DNA of 63,047 nucleotides, counting the filler, from Basidiobolus ranarum (lineage: Eukaryota), in assembly GCA_040143965.1 (NCBI GenBank). It is 47 parts of 47 records of this genome, joined end to end, with 100 filler letters (N's around TTAATTAATTAA, not from the genome) between each part and the next. Parts side by side here need not be neighbours in the genome. Positions count along the whole stretch, not along the records: positions 61,809 to 63,047 come from JASJQH010012744.1; 46 more parts are not named here. One strand, 5' to 3'. Position 1 is the first letter of the stretch, and each line of letters opens with the position of its first letter. The notes under the pieces were generated by a model. That model had not been told where the DNA came from, searched no databases, and saw only the letters and a program-made list of their open reading frames with translations. This document shows, one piece after another, positions 61,809 to 63,047 of this stretch. A program made the translations under genes and the position numbers.

Positions 61809-63047
61809 TTAATTGCTCTCATGTTGATGATATCATAATAGTTAGTAATTGCTCAAATCTGATGAAACAAACTAAAACCTGGCTATCTACCAAGTTTGAT
61901 ATGCAAGATCTTGGATCACTAGCATATTGTCTTGGAATGCAGATACATCAAAATTCCACTATTGGAACACTCCATATTATACAAGAAAAATATATTGGAG
62001 ATGTTTTAAAAAGATTTAATATGTCAGAATGTAAAACATCTTTAAATCCACTGTGTATGCTGAAACTCACTAAGGATATGGAACCAAAGACCTCTGAAGA
62101 TATTGAAATCATGGAACATATTTCTTACTGTAGTGCAGTTGGAAGTCTCATATATGTAACAACTGGTACTAGGCCTGATATTGCTACAGCAATAAGTATA
62201 GTAAGCATGTATATAGAGAATCCTGCAATGGAACATTGAATAGCTGTGAAACAGATAATATGCTATCTGAAAGGAACAATATATCATGGAATTCAATTTA
62301 GTAAGCAGTACAACATGTCACTTATTTTGGGAGGATATGCTGATGCAGACTGGCCTAATGATACCAAAGACCATAAGTCCAGAACTGGATATGTGTTCAA
62401 GCTAGCAGGTGGGCCAATAAGCTGGATTAGTAAGAAACAACAAACAGTTGCATTATCAACTACAGAAGCAGAATATATGGCAAGCTCTATGGCTGTTCAA
62501 GAAGCTATATGGCTAAGGAGTTATCTCAAGGAACTAGGATATGATCAAGTTAATCCTACCCCAATATATCAAGATAATATTAATTGTATTCAGATCACCA
62601 AAAATCCTGAGCATCACTCAAGGATGAAGCATATTGACATAAGACATCATTTTATACAAGAGAAATTCAAGACAAAGAAGTGAACTTTATTTATTGTATT
62701 ACTGAAAACATGCTTGCAGATATACTAACAAAACCACTTAAAACTTCAAGCTTTGAGAAGTTAAGAGCAGGCATAGGCATTAGTGAATATAAGCACAATG
62801 CTGAACAAGAATTAAGGGAAGGTGTTGGATAATTAATCTTTATTCAAAATCTTAGTTGACTTTAGTTATGATACATATATCAGAAACAGAAAGGAATGTA
62901 TCTATAGTCCCTATATTCTAAATAGGAATATCTCTGTATCTATATAACAAGTATGTCTTATTACCCCCACTTATCTATTATATCTTATTACACAAACTCC
63001 TGAATATCTCAAACAATTGATTTACTTTTCTACTATATAAATCACCA
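61809..63047 (+). mobile_element. Copia RT-RNase H, PPT and LTR B (from 62823)
   Basis: GYADADW, VALSTTEAEY, KHIDIRHHF, PPT TTAAGGGAAGG. Confidence 0.95.

Overview
This window is not one locus. It is 47 short contigs (about 1250 down to 1239 bp, sorted by length) joined by an artificial 100-nt linker (N44-TTAATTAATTAA-N44), so adjacency across linkers means nothing. The DNA is from a fungus, probably an early-diverging one (short GT-AG introns, fungal atp6, chitin-related genes); a Basidiobolus-like zoopagomycete is only a guess. Most contigs are nested, CpG-depleted transposon debris: several Ty1/copia families (LTR families labelled A, B, C, F here), chromodomain-bearing Ty3/gypsy elements, a CMC/EnSpm-type DNA transposon with CCCTAACA termini, and a 182-bp MITE. 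Host gene pieces include ARG1, a Prx5-type peroxiredoxin, GH20 hexosaminidase, a CE4 deacetylase, CBM18 and CBM19 proteins, xanthine dehydrogenase, a GCN1 piece, a GGT pseudogene and mitochondrial-type atp6 next to GC clusters. Most notable: (1) a 282-bp LTR family (E) carrying a tRNA-like Pol III cassette, with a 5-bp TSD and TG...TA ends shared with copia family C; (2) an intronless tyrosine-recombinase-like ORF; (3) a MutS Walker-A fragment resembling giant-virus MutS7; (4) several contigs that run from the tail of a gene to the head of the same gene family, i.e. tandem gene arrays. All homology calls are by motif recognition; no database searches were run.
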